Notes: generated by a model not told the origin, from the sequence alone. Numbered from the stretch's first letter, positions 12,881 to 29,097 are shown. The stretch is 64,000 nucleotides of DNA from the human T2T-CHM13v2.0 reference genome, Homo sapiens (GCF_009914755.1 NC_060934.1), one strand, 5' to 3'. Numbers and translations are program-made.

Positions 12881-13355
12881 GGCTTCTTTCTTTGTTTTAT
12901 TTTGCTAATGAGAAAAACTGATGCTTATTAGTCCTGGAGGTCCACGGCATGGACTTTCCTATCAACTGAATACCTTAAAGAGAACAGGATGTTCCTCCTG
13001 ATACGTAAATACACCATCTCAGTTTTGATCCAAGATAAGCCTGTCTTATTTTGTATTTTTCTCTATCACAAAAATGTAGTCTATTCTAACTGTAACTGTG
13101 TGAAGATACTAAAAGGGTTGAAATGTCCCAGAAGCAAATACATTTGGGATCATCTATTAAATATTTAATCTGGCCATATGTAGATTTAACTTTTCAAGGA
13201 GGGAAAATCAAGTTGAATTGTAATCCCAAAGGCTTATTTTTCTTAGGGAGAAATATTGTGAGTACACATAAAACACCTTATGTGACAACTGTTCCCCCTC
13301 TGTAGTTTGGGGATAACAAAGGGAAAGGGTTAAGATTAGTAGAATCTACTAATAA

Positions 13356-13704
<349 letters not shown>

Positions 13705-15261
13705 AGTGAAATAATAATTTCTATTAAAGCTTCCCCACTTAGGATTGGCTGTCCTTCTGAAGGCTGGTCAGCTGGTAGGTGTTGTACCCATTTCAAGCTT
13801 CATGACTTTTCTAGTCTGTTGTGTTAGTCAGTCTCATTAGGCTCCCATGTGACATAAACCCAGTTTTAAATAAAGAACAAGAAAGTTGTTGGCTCAAGAA
13901 ACCAAACTATGGTAAAGTCAAGCTTTTATAAAGTCAAGCCATTTCAGTTATTTCAAGCCAGGAACTAACTATATCTCTCTCTCTCTGTCTCTCAGTTGTG
14001 TTTCTTTTTAAATGCAGGTTTTATTTTCAGCCATTGCACGCTTGCTTTCTTCTTGGAGCTAGACCAATGGATGCTAGCAGCGCTTCTAGGCTCATTTTTT
14101 CGTTACCAGGAGAAAGGAAAAGGCTTTCCCCTTGCTCTAGAACTTTGTTCTCTCTGGTTCATATATGCCTATCCCACCGCCCAACTCCCAGATGAATGTG
14201 GCCAGAGGATTGAGTTACTGAGATTAGTCCAGCTAGGATTAGATGCCGGTCATTTGCCAAATCACTGTGACTGAAGAAGCAGAGTCTTTATGGAGATAGC
14301 ATTTTCATTGTCCTGCTTGGTGAGGAAGAAGGCCTTTGAAGAGAGTAGGGGCTGTTGCCTGAGAAGAGAAGCATGCTAGGCAGACAAAAACTAGAGATGT
14401 TCAATACATCTGGTTTGCACAAAACTTAACTAGGGTATGTGAACAAATAGGCTGACTGGCTGGAATGAGGGTATGGGAAAGCTTTCTGAAATTGTCTGCC
14501 AGGACATGTCTCTCCTAGAGAAGGGAATTACAGTTGGGTTATAACTTGATTGTATTAGAAAAATAAACCACATACAGAGACTTAGCACTTTATAATATTA
14601 AAGTAATTTCACTTGCATCAAGCTTATTGGAGCTAAAAGTAATCCCGTAGATATTTTTTATTTCCATTTTAGAGAGTACAGAGTGAGTCTCAGAAAAAAA
14701 GAGAAAAATTTCTTGCCCAGGATCCCATAACCATTGAGTGAGATAGTAGCTTTCGGTTTGGAATCAGTAGTCCTAACTTCAAATATTTATTCCATTACAC
14801 CTGATTCTCCATGCTACTGAAAGTACAATTTTTTAAAGGATTGTTTTTGCCCAGTTTTAGGAAGTGTTTTTGTATATAACTTTTAAATTGTATTAACAAA
14901 TCAGTTATTCCCAATTTATTAAAGTTATGACTTCACAGATTCCTTAGGCCAGCACAAATCTGCTCTTGTTGACTTAGTCTCTCCTAAAGGGCAACATAAT
15001 TTTTAGTCTCTCTTAAAAATAGGTCTCTCTTAAAAATGGTGTCTCTTAATAATTAGGTATTCTATCAGATTATATGTTTCTAGATAGCCTGGAATCAATG
15101 GCTTAAAGTGGTTCAAACCCACCAAAGAATGATATGCTCTTTTGCCTTATGTTCTGTAATCTGATTGACCAGAAAGGAAAAAGGCATATAAAAATTGAAG
15201 TTTTAAAATATTAAATTTATTTGTATCTTTAGCAATTTCTTGGTATTATTGTTTGTTTCAG

Positions 15262-15320
15262 ATGAAAAGAAACAGATGGTTGCAAATGTGGAGAAACAGC
15301 TTGAAGAAGCGAAAGAACTG
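15262..15320 (+). CDS. VTI1A: VTI1A exon 2 (DEKKQMVANVEKQLEEAKEL)
   Basis: Acceptor ttgtttgtttcAG, donor CTG|GTATGT. 59 nt, frame continuous with exon 1 (G|AT = Asp). Confidence 0.97.
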
Positions 15321-15699
15321 GTATGTACAGACAGTAATGTATTTTAACACACAGCCAGAGCCGTTTAAGCTAATGTCTTCCTCTAGCCTGTTTTATACAT
15401 TGTGGAAATGTGAAGCATTGCTGATTAGCATTTTATAATTCAGAATTTGTCAATTTTTAAATTGAAGAGATTTTAGTAGCTTCTTGGGATTTTATTCTTC
15501 TTAGCAAAGGTGATTCATTAAATATCTATCTCTAATTTTTATTCCATCATAATACGTTTCATAACAGCTGTAAATAGCTAATGCTGGATAAAGGCATACT
15601 GGGTACCAGACACTGGATTAAAAATACTACTTGCTTTATAATATTTAATTTTCTCAATAACCATGTGAGACAATATTATTTGTCAAAAATGATAAAGGG

Positions 15700-16170
15700 T
15701 CTGATATTTTCTGCTATTTGCAAACTCTCAAGTGACTCACTTGCTTGCTACAGTTTCATAGATGACTATGTCTCATGTCTTCTCTAAGACATGAGACTCC
15801 TAGGTCAGAGACAAAAGATTTTTATTACCCACAACAATAGCAGTTGCCTGTGTTTCAGGCTGGTTGCATCAGTTCCTGAGTCTGAATTCCCACAGTGGTG
15901 ATGCAGGCAGGCCTAGATGTATGCTTACAACAGCATTAGAATACCTTAGAGGAATAGAACGAGAGCCTAGAAAATGTGCCACTTTCTAGCAGCCTATAAG
16001 CAAGGCTGTTGTTTGTCCCAGGGGGACACATTATTTCCTCTCCCTGAGCTCCCCGCAAACCCAATCCTGAAAAATGGCTCAGACAGAGTCCTCAGGACCT
16101 TGTATTCTTGGCAGACCAGGCAAGACATGTAGCAGCATGAGAGAACCTTGGCCAAGTGATTCTCAACACT
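15700..16170. mobile_element. Probable old LTR fragment (family uncertain)
   Basis: LTR-like composition (gagactcctaggtcagagacaaaagatttttattac...). Confidence 0.4.
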
Positions 16171-16374
16171 GTTACCACTCCCATTTTGTGGATGGGGAGA
16201 CTGAGACTTAGAAAGATGAAGTAACTTGTTGGAGGTCCCAAATCCTGTTAAGTGATAGAGTAAATATTTGTTCCTAGTTTGCTAAACTCAGAGCTCTGGT
16301 TCATCTACTACTTTTTTATATAAATACATCAGTAAAACATGGAGCAAAAAAGGACTAAAAGTATTGTGTCTTAA

Positions 16375-16900
<526 letters not shown>

Positions 16901-17556
16901 TGATGAGGACCTTGGGAGAAAAACTCTTTTGATTTGACTATTGGGATTAATTGTGTTTCTGCTGACCATCTGATTTGTATTAGTCTCTTGGACACTACAC
17001 ATCTTGCAATGATCTTTTCTCCCACTCTGCACTGGCCACATAAATGTTGTGACAACATGGAACAAGTGCACATTAGCCTCATTCTTGGTTTCATTTTAAG
17101 TGCTTGTTGTGTGTTTCCTTTTTCTGTCTTACCTACTTTTAATTTAGTTTTAAATATCCATATAAAATATCTTCAACAAAAATATACTTAAGGCTCAGAT
17201 TTTGGCTTGCAAGTATTTTTGCTGTTATTTTTCCAGATGATCCTGTTTACCTTGTTAGAACTAAATAATTGATGATCTCAGAGACTTATTTTAAATAATT
17301 TTCTTGCTAAGTAATGATTTTATTTATTGGTGCTTCTCATTTATGTTGAGACATAATCATTTAAACTATCACTGTTTAAATCAAGGCTAATTAAAATTAT
17401 CTTTTTTCTTTATAATAAATTGAAGCCTATTAGTTGAAAGGTGATTGTGTGGTTTATCTGTATGCTACTGTAGTTATTCAGTCGCTAACACTGAATACAG
17501 GTTTTATTAGTGATAAGCTGGTAGGGTTCCGGAAGGAACTTATTAGAAAGCTTTAA

Positions 17557-18300
<744 letters not shown>

Positions 18301-18731
18301 ATAGTATTTCTGCATTGCTGCTGATTAAACTCTTCTGTGTTGTATCCAAAGTGTTATCTGATAGCAGGTTGTTAAAAAAAAAAAAAGCGCCTTGCTGTGA
18401 TTTCATTAAGCTATATGTAATTTAGCATATTACTGTATCCATTTAATGCCATATAAATGTGGTTATAAAGTATCGGGAGTTAGGATGAAGGTAAAGATCA
18501 CATGTTGGTTGGTGTGTGATTTTCCTAATTACAAAACACCTGCCAGAATAAATATCACCAAATAAGGCTTGGCTGATGTTTCATGGATTACCCATGGGAA
18601 ATAATAGCTTACTTTATCTTCCCATAGTTGTGGAGGTTAATGGTCAGAAGACAAGACCCGGTTGGATTGAATGATGGGCTATTCCAAGTATATTGAAATC
18701 AAATTATTAATAACGTTTGGGTTAATGTGTA

Positions 18732-19043
18732 TCTTTTATTTTGTTTTATTTTATTTTTGAGATGGAGTCTTGCTCTCTCACCTAGACTGGAAGGAGTGCA
18801 GTGGTGCAATCTCAGCTCACTGCAACCTCTGCCTCCCAGGTTCAAGCTATTCTCCTGCCTCAGCCTTCTGAGTAGCTGGGATTACAGGTGCCCACCACCA
18901 CGCCCAGCTAATTTGGTATTTTTAGTAGAGATGGGGTTTCGCCATGTTGCCCAAGCTGTTCTCAAACTCCTGACCTCAAGTGATCCACCCACCTTGGCCT
19001 CCCAAAGTGTTGGGATGATGGGCGTGAGCCACGGCGCCTGGCC
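18732..19043 (-). mobile_element. AluS
   Basis: Antisense Alu; TSD aatgtgtat. Confidence 0.95.
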
Positions 19044-19292
19044 AAATGTGTATGTTTTAACAAAGCATGTACTTGAGCACAGTGTGTGTCACTTGGCAAG
19101 TACTCAGAATTGTTGAACTAAAGAAAAATTAAGTGTAAAAGTAGTTTCAGTGTTATTTGATCATTCAGCACCCTGAACCTGGTGCCTCAACTACAAAATG
19201 AGGAACTGGAATTAGATCCTTTCAGCCGTAAACATTTGTTCAAATAAGAATAACAGTGTGTTTTAAATCACATTTTTCTTTCCCTCTTCTAG

Positions 19293-19403
19293 CTTGAACA
19301 GATGGATTTGGAAGTCCGAGAGATACCACCCCAAAGTCGAGGGATGTACAGCAACAGAATGAGAAGCTACAAACAAGAAATGGGAAAACTCGAAACAGAT
19401 TTT
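19293..19403 (+). CDS. VTI1A: VTI1A exon 3 (LEQMDLEVREIPPQSRGMYSNRMRSYKQEMGKLETDF)
   Basis: Acceptor tttttctttccctcttctAG, donor TTT|GTGAGT. 111 nt, phase 0/0. N-terminal Habc domain sequence. Confidence 0.97.
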
Positions 19404-20081
19404 GTGAGTCAAATTCGACCCTTTGTCATATTTACTTTTTTTTAAAAATGTTTCCTCCTCATGCCTCAGTCAGCATTAAATGCACAGTCTTTTGGGCTCA
19501 TGTAGAAGACAAGTAACAGCTTTCATTCTTTATGAGTTAGGGATCTAAAAAATGGTTATAGAGATAGCTAATGGTGGAATTTAAGGTATGTTGGATTAAT
19601 GATTCACAAATAGATCCAAATCATGCGGCCCTTTGAGTCTGAATGGTATTTACTGATACTTAACATTTATTAAAATTTTGAAACTCAGTTTCTGGCCTTT
19701 CAGGGTTTGGAGCCTTTAAGAGGCAGCCTGTACATTTGCAGCTTCTGGACTTCAGGGGCTCATAGTCTCCTGAAAGCATATCTGTATTTTTGGATGCATG
19801 TTTCCATGTGTATTTTTCCCTGGGATAAACTCCATAGACTTTATTAGATTCTTAATAGGATGTATCATACCCTTCCCCCAAAAGATAAAAGAAACCACTT
19901 TCAATTGACAGTTTATATGTGATCCTTTTTATTAATTGCCCATGAGAATATGTAGCTGTCTCTTCCTATATATCTGGCTTTCAACCGTATCTGCTTTATA
20001 GCAAATTTAAGAATATAAATGTAAAGACATAATGTTAAAGTTGTTAGTAATTAGAAATTAATAGGAGTAGAAAAGATACAG

Positions 20082-20640
20082 CTGAGTAATTCCACTCCTG
20101 AGTATATGTCCAAAAACAAATTGAAAGCAGAGTCTCAGAGAGAGATCTGCACATCCATATTCATAGCAGCATTTTCACAATAGCAGAGAGGTGGAAGCAA
20201 CCTAAGCATCCATTGTTAAATAAATGGATACACAAAATGTGGTATATCCACACAATGGAATATTATTCAGCCTTAAAAAAGAAAGGAAATTCTGTCACAT
20301 GCAACAACTTGAATGAACCTCGAAGACATTATGCTATGTGAAATAAGTCACTCACAAAGACAAATACTACATAATTCCACTGATATGAGGTATCTAGAGT
20401 AGTCAGATTCATAGAAACAGAAAGTAGAATGGTAGTTACCGGGGACTTGAGGGGAGGGAGAAATGGAGAGTTGTTTCATGGGCAAAGAGTTTCAGTTTTG
20501 CCAGACTGAAACTTACAAAAATTTCTGGAGATTGGTTACTCAACAATGTGAATATATTTAACACCACTGAACCATACACTTAAAAATGGTTAAAATGGTA
20601 AATTTTATATTATGTGATTTTACCGCAATTAAAAATAAAA
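20082..20640 (+). mobile_element. 5'-truncated L1 (L1MA/MB-type) 3' end, sense
   Basis: L1 ORF2 end and 3'UTR (aattccactcctgagtatat...aatggaatattattcagccttaaaa...). Flanking direct repeat aaaagatacag at 20071-20081 and 20638-20648. Confidence 0.9.
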
Positions 20641-21492
20641 AGATACAGATAAAAAGTATTTTAAAAACCCTGCTAATGATAAAAGAACAAAGAAGTTAAC
20701 ACAATAACAACTAACTGTTCTTATAGGCTGGCACAGGAAATTAGGTTTTCAGCAAATTAATGAAATTTCATATGACTCACTTTAAAAAATAAAAAGATAC
20801 AGGCGAGGAAAGATCTGAGCCTTACCTATGAGCAACAGAAGTCATGTGTTGGGTGATAAATCAGCTGTATTTCTGAATCTGGGGCCCAAATTCACAAGGA
20901 AAGTCAAGAATGTTTAAGGATCTTTCCGCCTCAGTTCTTGCCTTAGGTGTTTTGCTTTTGGAGGGTACAGCTTCTAGGCTACCGTATACCTTTCCACTGT
21001 AAGACCAACATCAATGGACCTGGTAGAAATCCCTCCTAGAGTCTGAAAATAGGGTGATTTGCAGTTATGCATGCTTGTTTTGTATGTGAATGGCTACTAT
21101 CTTGATAAGTTGAGGTGGATCACATCAATAACTCTGATGCCTTTTAGACTGGGCTCCTATTAATTAAAAAAAATTAAAACTCATTATGGGCCCAAATTGA
21201 TAAAATAAATATATATGCCTAAGTATGTGCCCTGTACTAGGGTAACATTTTCTCCAACTGCTTTGTGAAAGGCTGGTTTTTCTCAGTAAAAATATGAAAT
21301 ATAGTGAGAAAATTGGATTAAGAACTTGACAACTCAAATTTATACTGAGAAAATTCTACCTGAAGTTAAAGTTTCAATATAAATGATGAAAGCAAAATAA
21401 CATATTTATAAAGATTGTTTTAGCTTGCTTACCTCATTTTTAATGGAACTCTTTTCTGAAGATTTTTCTTATGGGTTCTAGAAAAACAAAGA

Positions 21493-21866
21493 GTATGAAT
21501 TTGCTAGGGCTGCGACAACAAAGTACCACAGACTGGGTGGCTTAAACAACAGAAATTTGTTTTCTCACAATTCTGGAAACTGGAAGTTGGAGTTCAAGGT
21601 GTTGGCAGGTGTGGTTCCTTTTGAGGCCTCTCTCCTTGATCTTTAGATGGCTTCTCCCCATGTCTTCATATGTCTTCCCTCTTCACGTTTCCATGTCCCT
21701 ATTTCCTCATATAAGACATCAGTCGTATTGAATTAAGGCCCACACGAATGACATCATTGTAATGTAATCACCTCTTTGAAGACCCTATCTCTGGACAGTC
21801 ACATTCTCAGTATGGGAATCAAGACTTCAGCATATGAATTTAGAAGAGACACAATTCAGTTCATAA
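21493..21866. mobile_element. MaLR LTR (MLT1-type)
   Basis: ctagggctgc...aaagtaccacagactgggtggcttaaacaacagaaattt...gacttcagcatatgaattt signature. Confidence 0.85.
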
Positions 21867-22112
21867 TGTTTAGGTCAGTTTTAATCTTTTATTCTTAATT
21901 TTTTTTTCAGAAATTAAATTATTTCTGTGGCTTATAAGTCAGCTAACCCAACCTTTAGTCTTTTTTGTTTCTCAAAGAGTACAATACTGGGCAAAGTCCT
22001 TTAGGTATTTGGAAATTGTATACTTGGATAAGTGTTCCTTTCTGGGCTATATTTTCTATTATAAAGAAAAATGGAACCAACAACTATGAAACTAAAAATT
22101 TATTCTCTAGGC

Positions 22113-22331
22113 CAGGGATGTCCAATTTTTTAGCTTACCTGGGCCACATTGGAAGAAGAATTGTCTTGGGCTACACATAAAATATCCTAACACTGATGAT
22201 AGCTGATGAGCTAAAAAAAAAAATAGCAAAAAACCTCATAATATTTTAAGAAAGTTTATTAATTTGTGTTGGGCTGCAAAAAGCCATCCTGGGCTGCCTG
22301 CAGCCTGCTGGCCATGGGTTGGACTAGCTTG
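22113..22331. mobile_element. MER30 hAT MITE
   Basis: cagggatgtccaat...gggccacattggaagaagaattgtcttggg...gggttggactagcttg. Confidence 0.85.
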
Positions 22332-22419
22332 ATATAGGCTATCATTAACAATTCATGTATTTATATGTATATTTGCTACCACAGCTTTCTTCTACCATGT
22401 TAGGAAACATCTTTCACCA

Positions 22420-22980
22420 CCACTACTTCTATTGAATAGGGATTTACAGTTTGTAAATTACTTTAACATACATTATTTCATTTCATTGTGTGAAGAATAG
22501 ACAGAGCAGGTATGGATTACTATCCTCATTTACACATGATAGAACAAAGAGGCTTAGATTAATTATAGATTTCATTCAACAAGAGTTTCTTGAGTACTAT
22601 GGTGTGTCAGGCACTGTCCGAGGTGCTAGAATGCAGCAGTGGTGAACAAGATAAAGTTCTACTTGTCATATAGTTTAAATTATAGTGGGGGAAAAAATCT
22701 AGTGGGAAAGACAACAAACAAATACATACACATTATAATTTCAGGTAGAGATACATTATGTAAAGTGAATAAATGAATAGAGAGTGACCAGCAGGGTGAT
22801 TGTGGCCATTTGTGCTTGGGTGTTCTCTACAGTTGAAGAGAGAGGAAGAAACGTGTGTGTGCTTGCAGAGAAAGCAGAGGAAAGATCTGTGAGGGCATTG
22901 TAGGCCGTGGTAAAGACCTTGGCTTTTACTCTGGGTTGCAGAAAGGCCACCGGAGGACTTTGAGAAGTGAACGGTCCTTC
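22420..22980. mobile_element. MIR and L2 fragments
   Basis: ttcattcaacaagagtttcttgagtactatggtgtgtcaggcactg (L2 3' end) and MIR-like sequence upstream. Confidence 0.6.
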
Positions 22981-23984
22981 GACTCCTGTTTTACAGCTTT
23001 GTTCATTTTACCACACCATCTCACATGGTATATTTGAATAGAGTGTAGAAAATATTGACATAACTCCCTTGTTTTAATCATTATTTCTTTTATAGATCTA
23101 ATCTTTTTTTTAAATGAATGGAGAATATTTAAAGATATTTGATAACTTTCATATGCTGACATGCCATACCTAGAAATACTGAATTTCAAGAAAGGCTAGC
23201 AGAGATGGTTCTTCAGCTCTGTGTTTATTGCAGTTGAAGCCGTTCTTCTGTTCCACTTGTAATAGCAAGACTTCAGGGGAGCATTTATGCCCATGGGGAG
23301 GGGCAGAGGACAACTCAATACTGTTTTCTTTGACTCGTTTGTCCACTTGCTTTCTTTCCCCAGCCGTTCCTTCTCCTCTGCCTACCCTTTGGATGCCTGG
23401 ATCCTTCAGGCTTCCTCAGTACTTACTCCCATAACCTCCTCTGTGTGTTATCATCTTTCCTGTTCCTTCCATGGCTGCGTCTATACTGACTGGTATTTGT
23501 AGCCCAGACCTCTTGGTAGTTCTGGGTTTATATTTCTTACTATTTATCCCAGAGTCTTTTAAACACACTCAGATTCAACAAGTACTGGTTACTTCAGAGT
23601 TATCGTTAATTTTTCAACCTTGTACATCCACTGGGTCACTGAGAATTAGCAGATCTACCACCTAAATATCTCTACTACTGAAAGCCTTCATGGTTTCTCT
23701 ATCTGGATAATTGTAGTACTATTTCCTGATTCTGTTCTTCTGTCATTCAAAACCCTGTACACCATTCCATAATTAGCTTTTGAATACACTGATCTGTATA
23801 TGTCATGCCATTACACAAAATCCCAGAGTCCTCATTGCCTGCTGAATAAAATCCAGGTCAATTTCTAGGTATTCTATCTTATTCCATTGCTTCTTCACGT
23901 GTCTAATAATTTTATTATAGTATACTTGCTGTTATGGCCTCTATGTTGTTATAAAGCCTAGATTTTATTGTTATTTTTTAGAAC

Positions 23985-24240
23985 AGCACAGCTCAACCTT
24001 TTTTTTCATTATCACTTCTCCAAGGATACTTTTTAGACATGTTTTTCCTAATCGTCCCACTCCTTCCCCTATTAAATTTTAATACCACTGATATTCTGTA
24101 TCTGTACATCTGTTCATGTACTATGGCTCCTTGGAGGGCCACACATCTTTGTAATATCTTAAGATTCATCATACTCCCAAGAACTAATTTTTGCCTCTGT
24201 GGACATGATATTGCTCCTGTTGACAATGCATGCTTTAGAC
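23985..24240. mobile_element. Probable hAT-Charlie DNA transposon relic
   Basis: cagcacagctcaacc...ttgacaatgcatg terminal-like motifs. Confidence 0.4.
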
Positions 24241-25002
24241 CATGAGAGGCTTTATTCAGACAGTTAGATAATTTACTGGCAAATCAGATTGGTCCTTTCA
24301 GAGTTTATTGTTAGACTTTTTAGAACACATTTTGAGTAGCCCTACTTTTATGATTTGGCCTTTCTTGGGTTCCTTTTGAATGACTGTAGTGTTTAATAAG
24401 TGCTCTCTCGCCTATGTTTGTTTGGAATTCCATCTCTCTGCCCTGGGCAACCTCTAAAATATCCATTCAATCCATTACTCCCCAGTAGCTGTTCTCTGTG
24501 AGACCTCGTGGGGTCCCATCCTCTACATATGCAAGTTCATTTTCAGCCAAAGACTTAGGGGACCACTTTCTCGATTTCTGGAGCTCCTTCTCTTTGTGGC
24601 TGCTTCTCACCATTACCCTGCTATGTTTGATGATGCATCCCAGCAGTCCTAACTCCAGTGTCTGCCTCCTAAGTTCAGTGACTTGCTGCACTCCCTGTGG
24701 GCTCCCCCTCCGTGTGCTGCAATTGGGAAAGTGCCTCCAGGCTGAGAGCCATGCGGGGCTCATTTCACATGTTTTTCTTCTTTAAGGAATTACGCTCCTC
24801 CACTGCTTGTTGTCCAACTTTGGAAAATAATTGATTCATCCATTTTGTCCGTGTTCACAGTTGTGTAGAACAGGAGGGTTTGTCTTGTACCAATTACCCC
24901 ACCATGGCAGGAAGTGAAAGTTCAGTGTAGATTTAATGTTTCTTAATTCCTTAACAGATAATTTTATATATCAGAGAATGAAAAATAATAGTCTGCTGTT
25001 TA

Positions 25003-25913
25003 CTGTTGAAACTTTCCCTCTCAAGGGTTGAGTCGAAGTATGCTAAAATGAATTGACACTGGACAGATTAATGGGAAAAACCAAACAAAATGTATTGTGT
25101 GCGTAAGTACAGGGGCCACACGCAAAGTAAGAGACTCAAAGTAGGGCCACATAACTGAAGCTTTTATACTGTAGTGCAGAAAAGCATAGAGATTTGGAGT
25201 GTGGGAACAGGTTTTCAGAGCAAGAACGGAGGAAGGCAAGCAAAGGTTGTCTTGGCTCTGCTGTTGGAGCCTGGCAGGCAGCAGCCCCCTGGAAGAATGG
25301 ATGGGAGCCTGTGGAAAAGCTTCCTCTGTTACCTTTAAAAGTGCTGGGTGCGGTGGTTCATGCCTGTAATCCCAGCACTTTGGGAGGCCGAGGCAGGCGG
25401 ATCACTTGAAGTCAGGAGTTCACATACCAATGTTCACATACCAGCCTGGCCAACATGGTGAAACCCCATCTCTACTAAAATTGCAAAAATTAGCCGGGCA
25501 TGGTGGCGCACACTTGTAATCCCAGCTACTTGGGAGGCCGAGGCCTCCCTTGAACCCAGGAGGCCGAAGTTGCAGTGAGCTGAGATCGCACCACTAAACT
25601 CCAGCCTGGGCAACAGAGCGAGAGACTCAGTGTCAAAAAATAAAATAAAATAAAAAAGCATCAGACTTTCAGTCTCCCTTTCCTGTGAGTTCATCTTTCC
25701 AAGATCTGGGTAAAGCCAATACGGGTCAGGGTGGGGGCGCTCAGAGAAAGCCTGTTTTGCATTTGCTGTTTACTTAACTAATATTGATTTCCTCTACAAA
25801 TGCAAATCTCCAGCTTTTCAGAGCCATTTTTGTGTTTGTAGCCCTTCTGAATAGCTATCTCAAAAATACACCAAAGAAGTATATTTTGGGGTGGCATATT
25901 TTGGTTTTCTTCA
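25003..25913 (-). mobile_element. ERV1 MER4-group LTR (MER34/MER39-like), interrupted by an Alu
   Basis: Ends in aagtatattttggggtggcatattttggttttcttca, the reverse complement of a typical MER4-group LTR 5' end. Confidence 0.7.
25343..25657 (+). mobile_element. AluS with small internal tandem duplication
   Basis: Alu sequence; gttcacatacca repeated at ~25418-25443. Confidence 0.92.
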
Positions 25914-27834
25914 TTACGGTGGCTTATCATAGAATATAATTTGTAGCTGACTAAATACCTGTTTAAAGGATTTTAAAATTCATGCGGTAATTTGCAGTCA
26001 GCATCGTGTGTGTGGGAGGGTGTTAAGGAAAGTTAGGGGTCATACTTACGTGCCCATTTATACTGTTACCATTCCTGATTATTCTGTTCACTTACCTAAT
26101 TTCATTCTTATTGATTTTTTTTTTTTTTTTTTTTTGCTTCTTACAGCCTATAATTGTTCATTTTTGGCTTCTTGTGTAGCCTCAAAGGAAGTTAGGAATA
26201 TTAGGTTCAGAAGAGGTCAAATCTAATCACCTTATGTTTTAGATGAAGAAATGGAGGACTGAGGAGACCAAATGACTTAAAGTCACACTGCTTTCTGGAG
26301 CCAGAATCAGAATCGAGTAACTAAGCACCCGTTTTAATGTTCTCTTCACAATCCTTTGCAACCTGCCCGCCTTTGAGTTTCCATAAAAATGTATTTAATA
26401 GTCTGTTTAGGTATTTGAAAACAACTTTTAAAAAAAAAATTAGAATTCCTGTAAGCTGTTCTTGTAATTTCTTCCTTCAACATTGATATGAGGTTAGCTA
26501 GGGCCTTCTCATGTCAGAATGTTCCAGGAAAATGAACCAGCCAAGAGGAAAAAAAAAATGTAGTTAAGGAATTTTTCAAGTTTAAGATTAGTTTGCTTCT
26601 TAAGAAAATTAAAGCAAATTTTAAAACCCTAAATTTATACAAACAAAAAACCCTCCAAAATTGTATAAAATGTTTGACCAAGTCTCAGTAAATAGAAAAA
26701 GAAAGAAACAAGTAAGTGGTGTGCTGGTATAAGGTTCTAAAGGTTATGAGGACATGGTGTGTTGAATGCTTTTTCACGTCTCTGATATTGTGCTATGATG
26801 CTAGCACCATCTTGTGGTTGATTTATATAGTTGCATATTTCTTTTTTCTTGTAACAAAGCTGAACTTCCTTTAAGACATACACAGAAGGATTTGGGGTGA
26901 ATGATTAGATCGTAATGAATGTTAAAAAGAGAGCTTTCTAGCCCCAGTCTCAAGTTCACTTCTATCCCAGGTCAGTGGTGCCCGAATGCTGCCTTTTCCT
27001 GTTTGGCAGGCTATGTGATGTGATTGTTAGACCAGCTCCTAGTGCAGAGCTGTCTACATCAGAGAATGGCACTTCTATTGACAGTCTCAGCAGTGAGGCT
27101 GAATGGTCCTAGAAATCCAACTACCTGCAGACTATCGGAGTTGGTCCCTTAGGTCAGGGTTCAAAGGATGTTGTGGAACAGCTTGAAGCTTTTACTGATA
27201 CTACCTGTACTCTCTCTTTTCATAGGTGAATGGACAACTTGAGTATCTGAGTTTATGAGTAAAGCCAGTACCCATATTCTTTTTTTTTTTTTTTTAACTC
27301 GAGATAGACTAAAGAAGTTCAAATGAGAAAGGTGAATTTAAATTTTGATTTTTGTTGAAAGGTCAAGAACGTATGCTTCTGTTTACATTTTATCTTTTCT
27401 GTACTTACAGCTTCCTGGGATATTTTACTTCTATTTCTGTGGAAGCTATGGGAAACCATGAAAACATGTTTTAGAGGTTTGGATAGTCTCAGTGGTAATA
27501 TGTGGTAACTGTAGCATCAGCTAATCCTTCTTACAGGACCATAAGTGCATTCTAAAAAGAAATGAGAAAGGCTAGACAGAGCCACCTCAGAAAAGAAAAT
27601 TTTCTTTACTGTGTACACTTAATGAATATGCCTGCTACTTTAAAAAATTACATTTGTTGTTTGATTCTGTGTAAATATAATACCTGGTCGTTATAGAATA
27701 TTCTGAAAATGAAGAAGAGTAAAAAAGAAAAAAAAAATCACCAGTAGCCCTATTTTTGATTTTGGTTTGTTTTTTCCAATCTTCTCTCCCCTTCTCCCTT
27801 GCATAATTTATTGTTTCATTTTACATAACAATGA

Positions 27835-28156
<322 letters not shown>

Positions 28157-28736
28157 ACATTTTTTTTTAAATAAAAGATTGTAACATTAGTATTTTCCAT
28201 TTCTATATATTCTTGATCATTTTAATGTGTGCATAATATTTCCTTGAGTGATGTTAGCTAACCTTTTGTTGAATCCTAATATATTTCCATTTACCTCCTC
28301 TATCATTTATTGTGCTGCAGTGAACATATTTGAACAGGATTATTTGATTAGGATCGTCTCTCAGAAGGCAGATGACCAAGTGAAAGGGTATCAACAGTTT
28401 TATGGCTCTTAATAAAATATGCCTGGAACTACATTTTTACTGCGGCTCATCAAATCACTTGTGTTCTTTCTCCATATTTTCTCTGTGTTAGAATGTGACT
28501 TTAAAAATAAAAATCTTAGGTAGACCAGGACTAAGTACTTTACATGCATTACTCATTTAATCCACAAACAATTATATAAGAAATATACTGTTGTTTATGA
28601 TTTTGGGGATTTTATAGACTCTAGAATTAAATACAACTGAGATTCCTTTTTCTAAGATACTCTTCCATGGAAGATACATTTAATGTTAGTAATGCTAGCA
28701 AATTTGCATGGTTCTGAGAATCTGGCCTTACCCTAA

Positions 28737-29097
<361 letters not shown>

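Noticed and set aside
14974-15052. Imperfect short repeats (tagtctctcttaaaaat) upstream of exon 2
   Set aside because: Ordinary slippage-type local duplication with no identifiable function.
15253-15438. 61-aa ORF overlapping exon 2
   Set aside because: An out-of-frame reading that runs into the intron. The true exon frame is fixed by splicing to exon 1; this frame is considered only in the circRNA finding.
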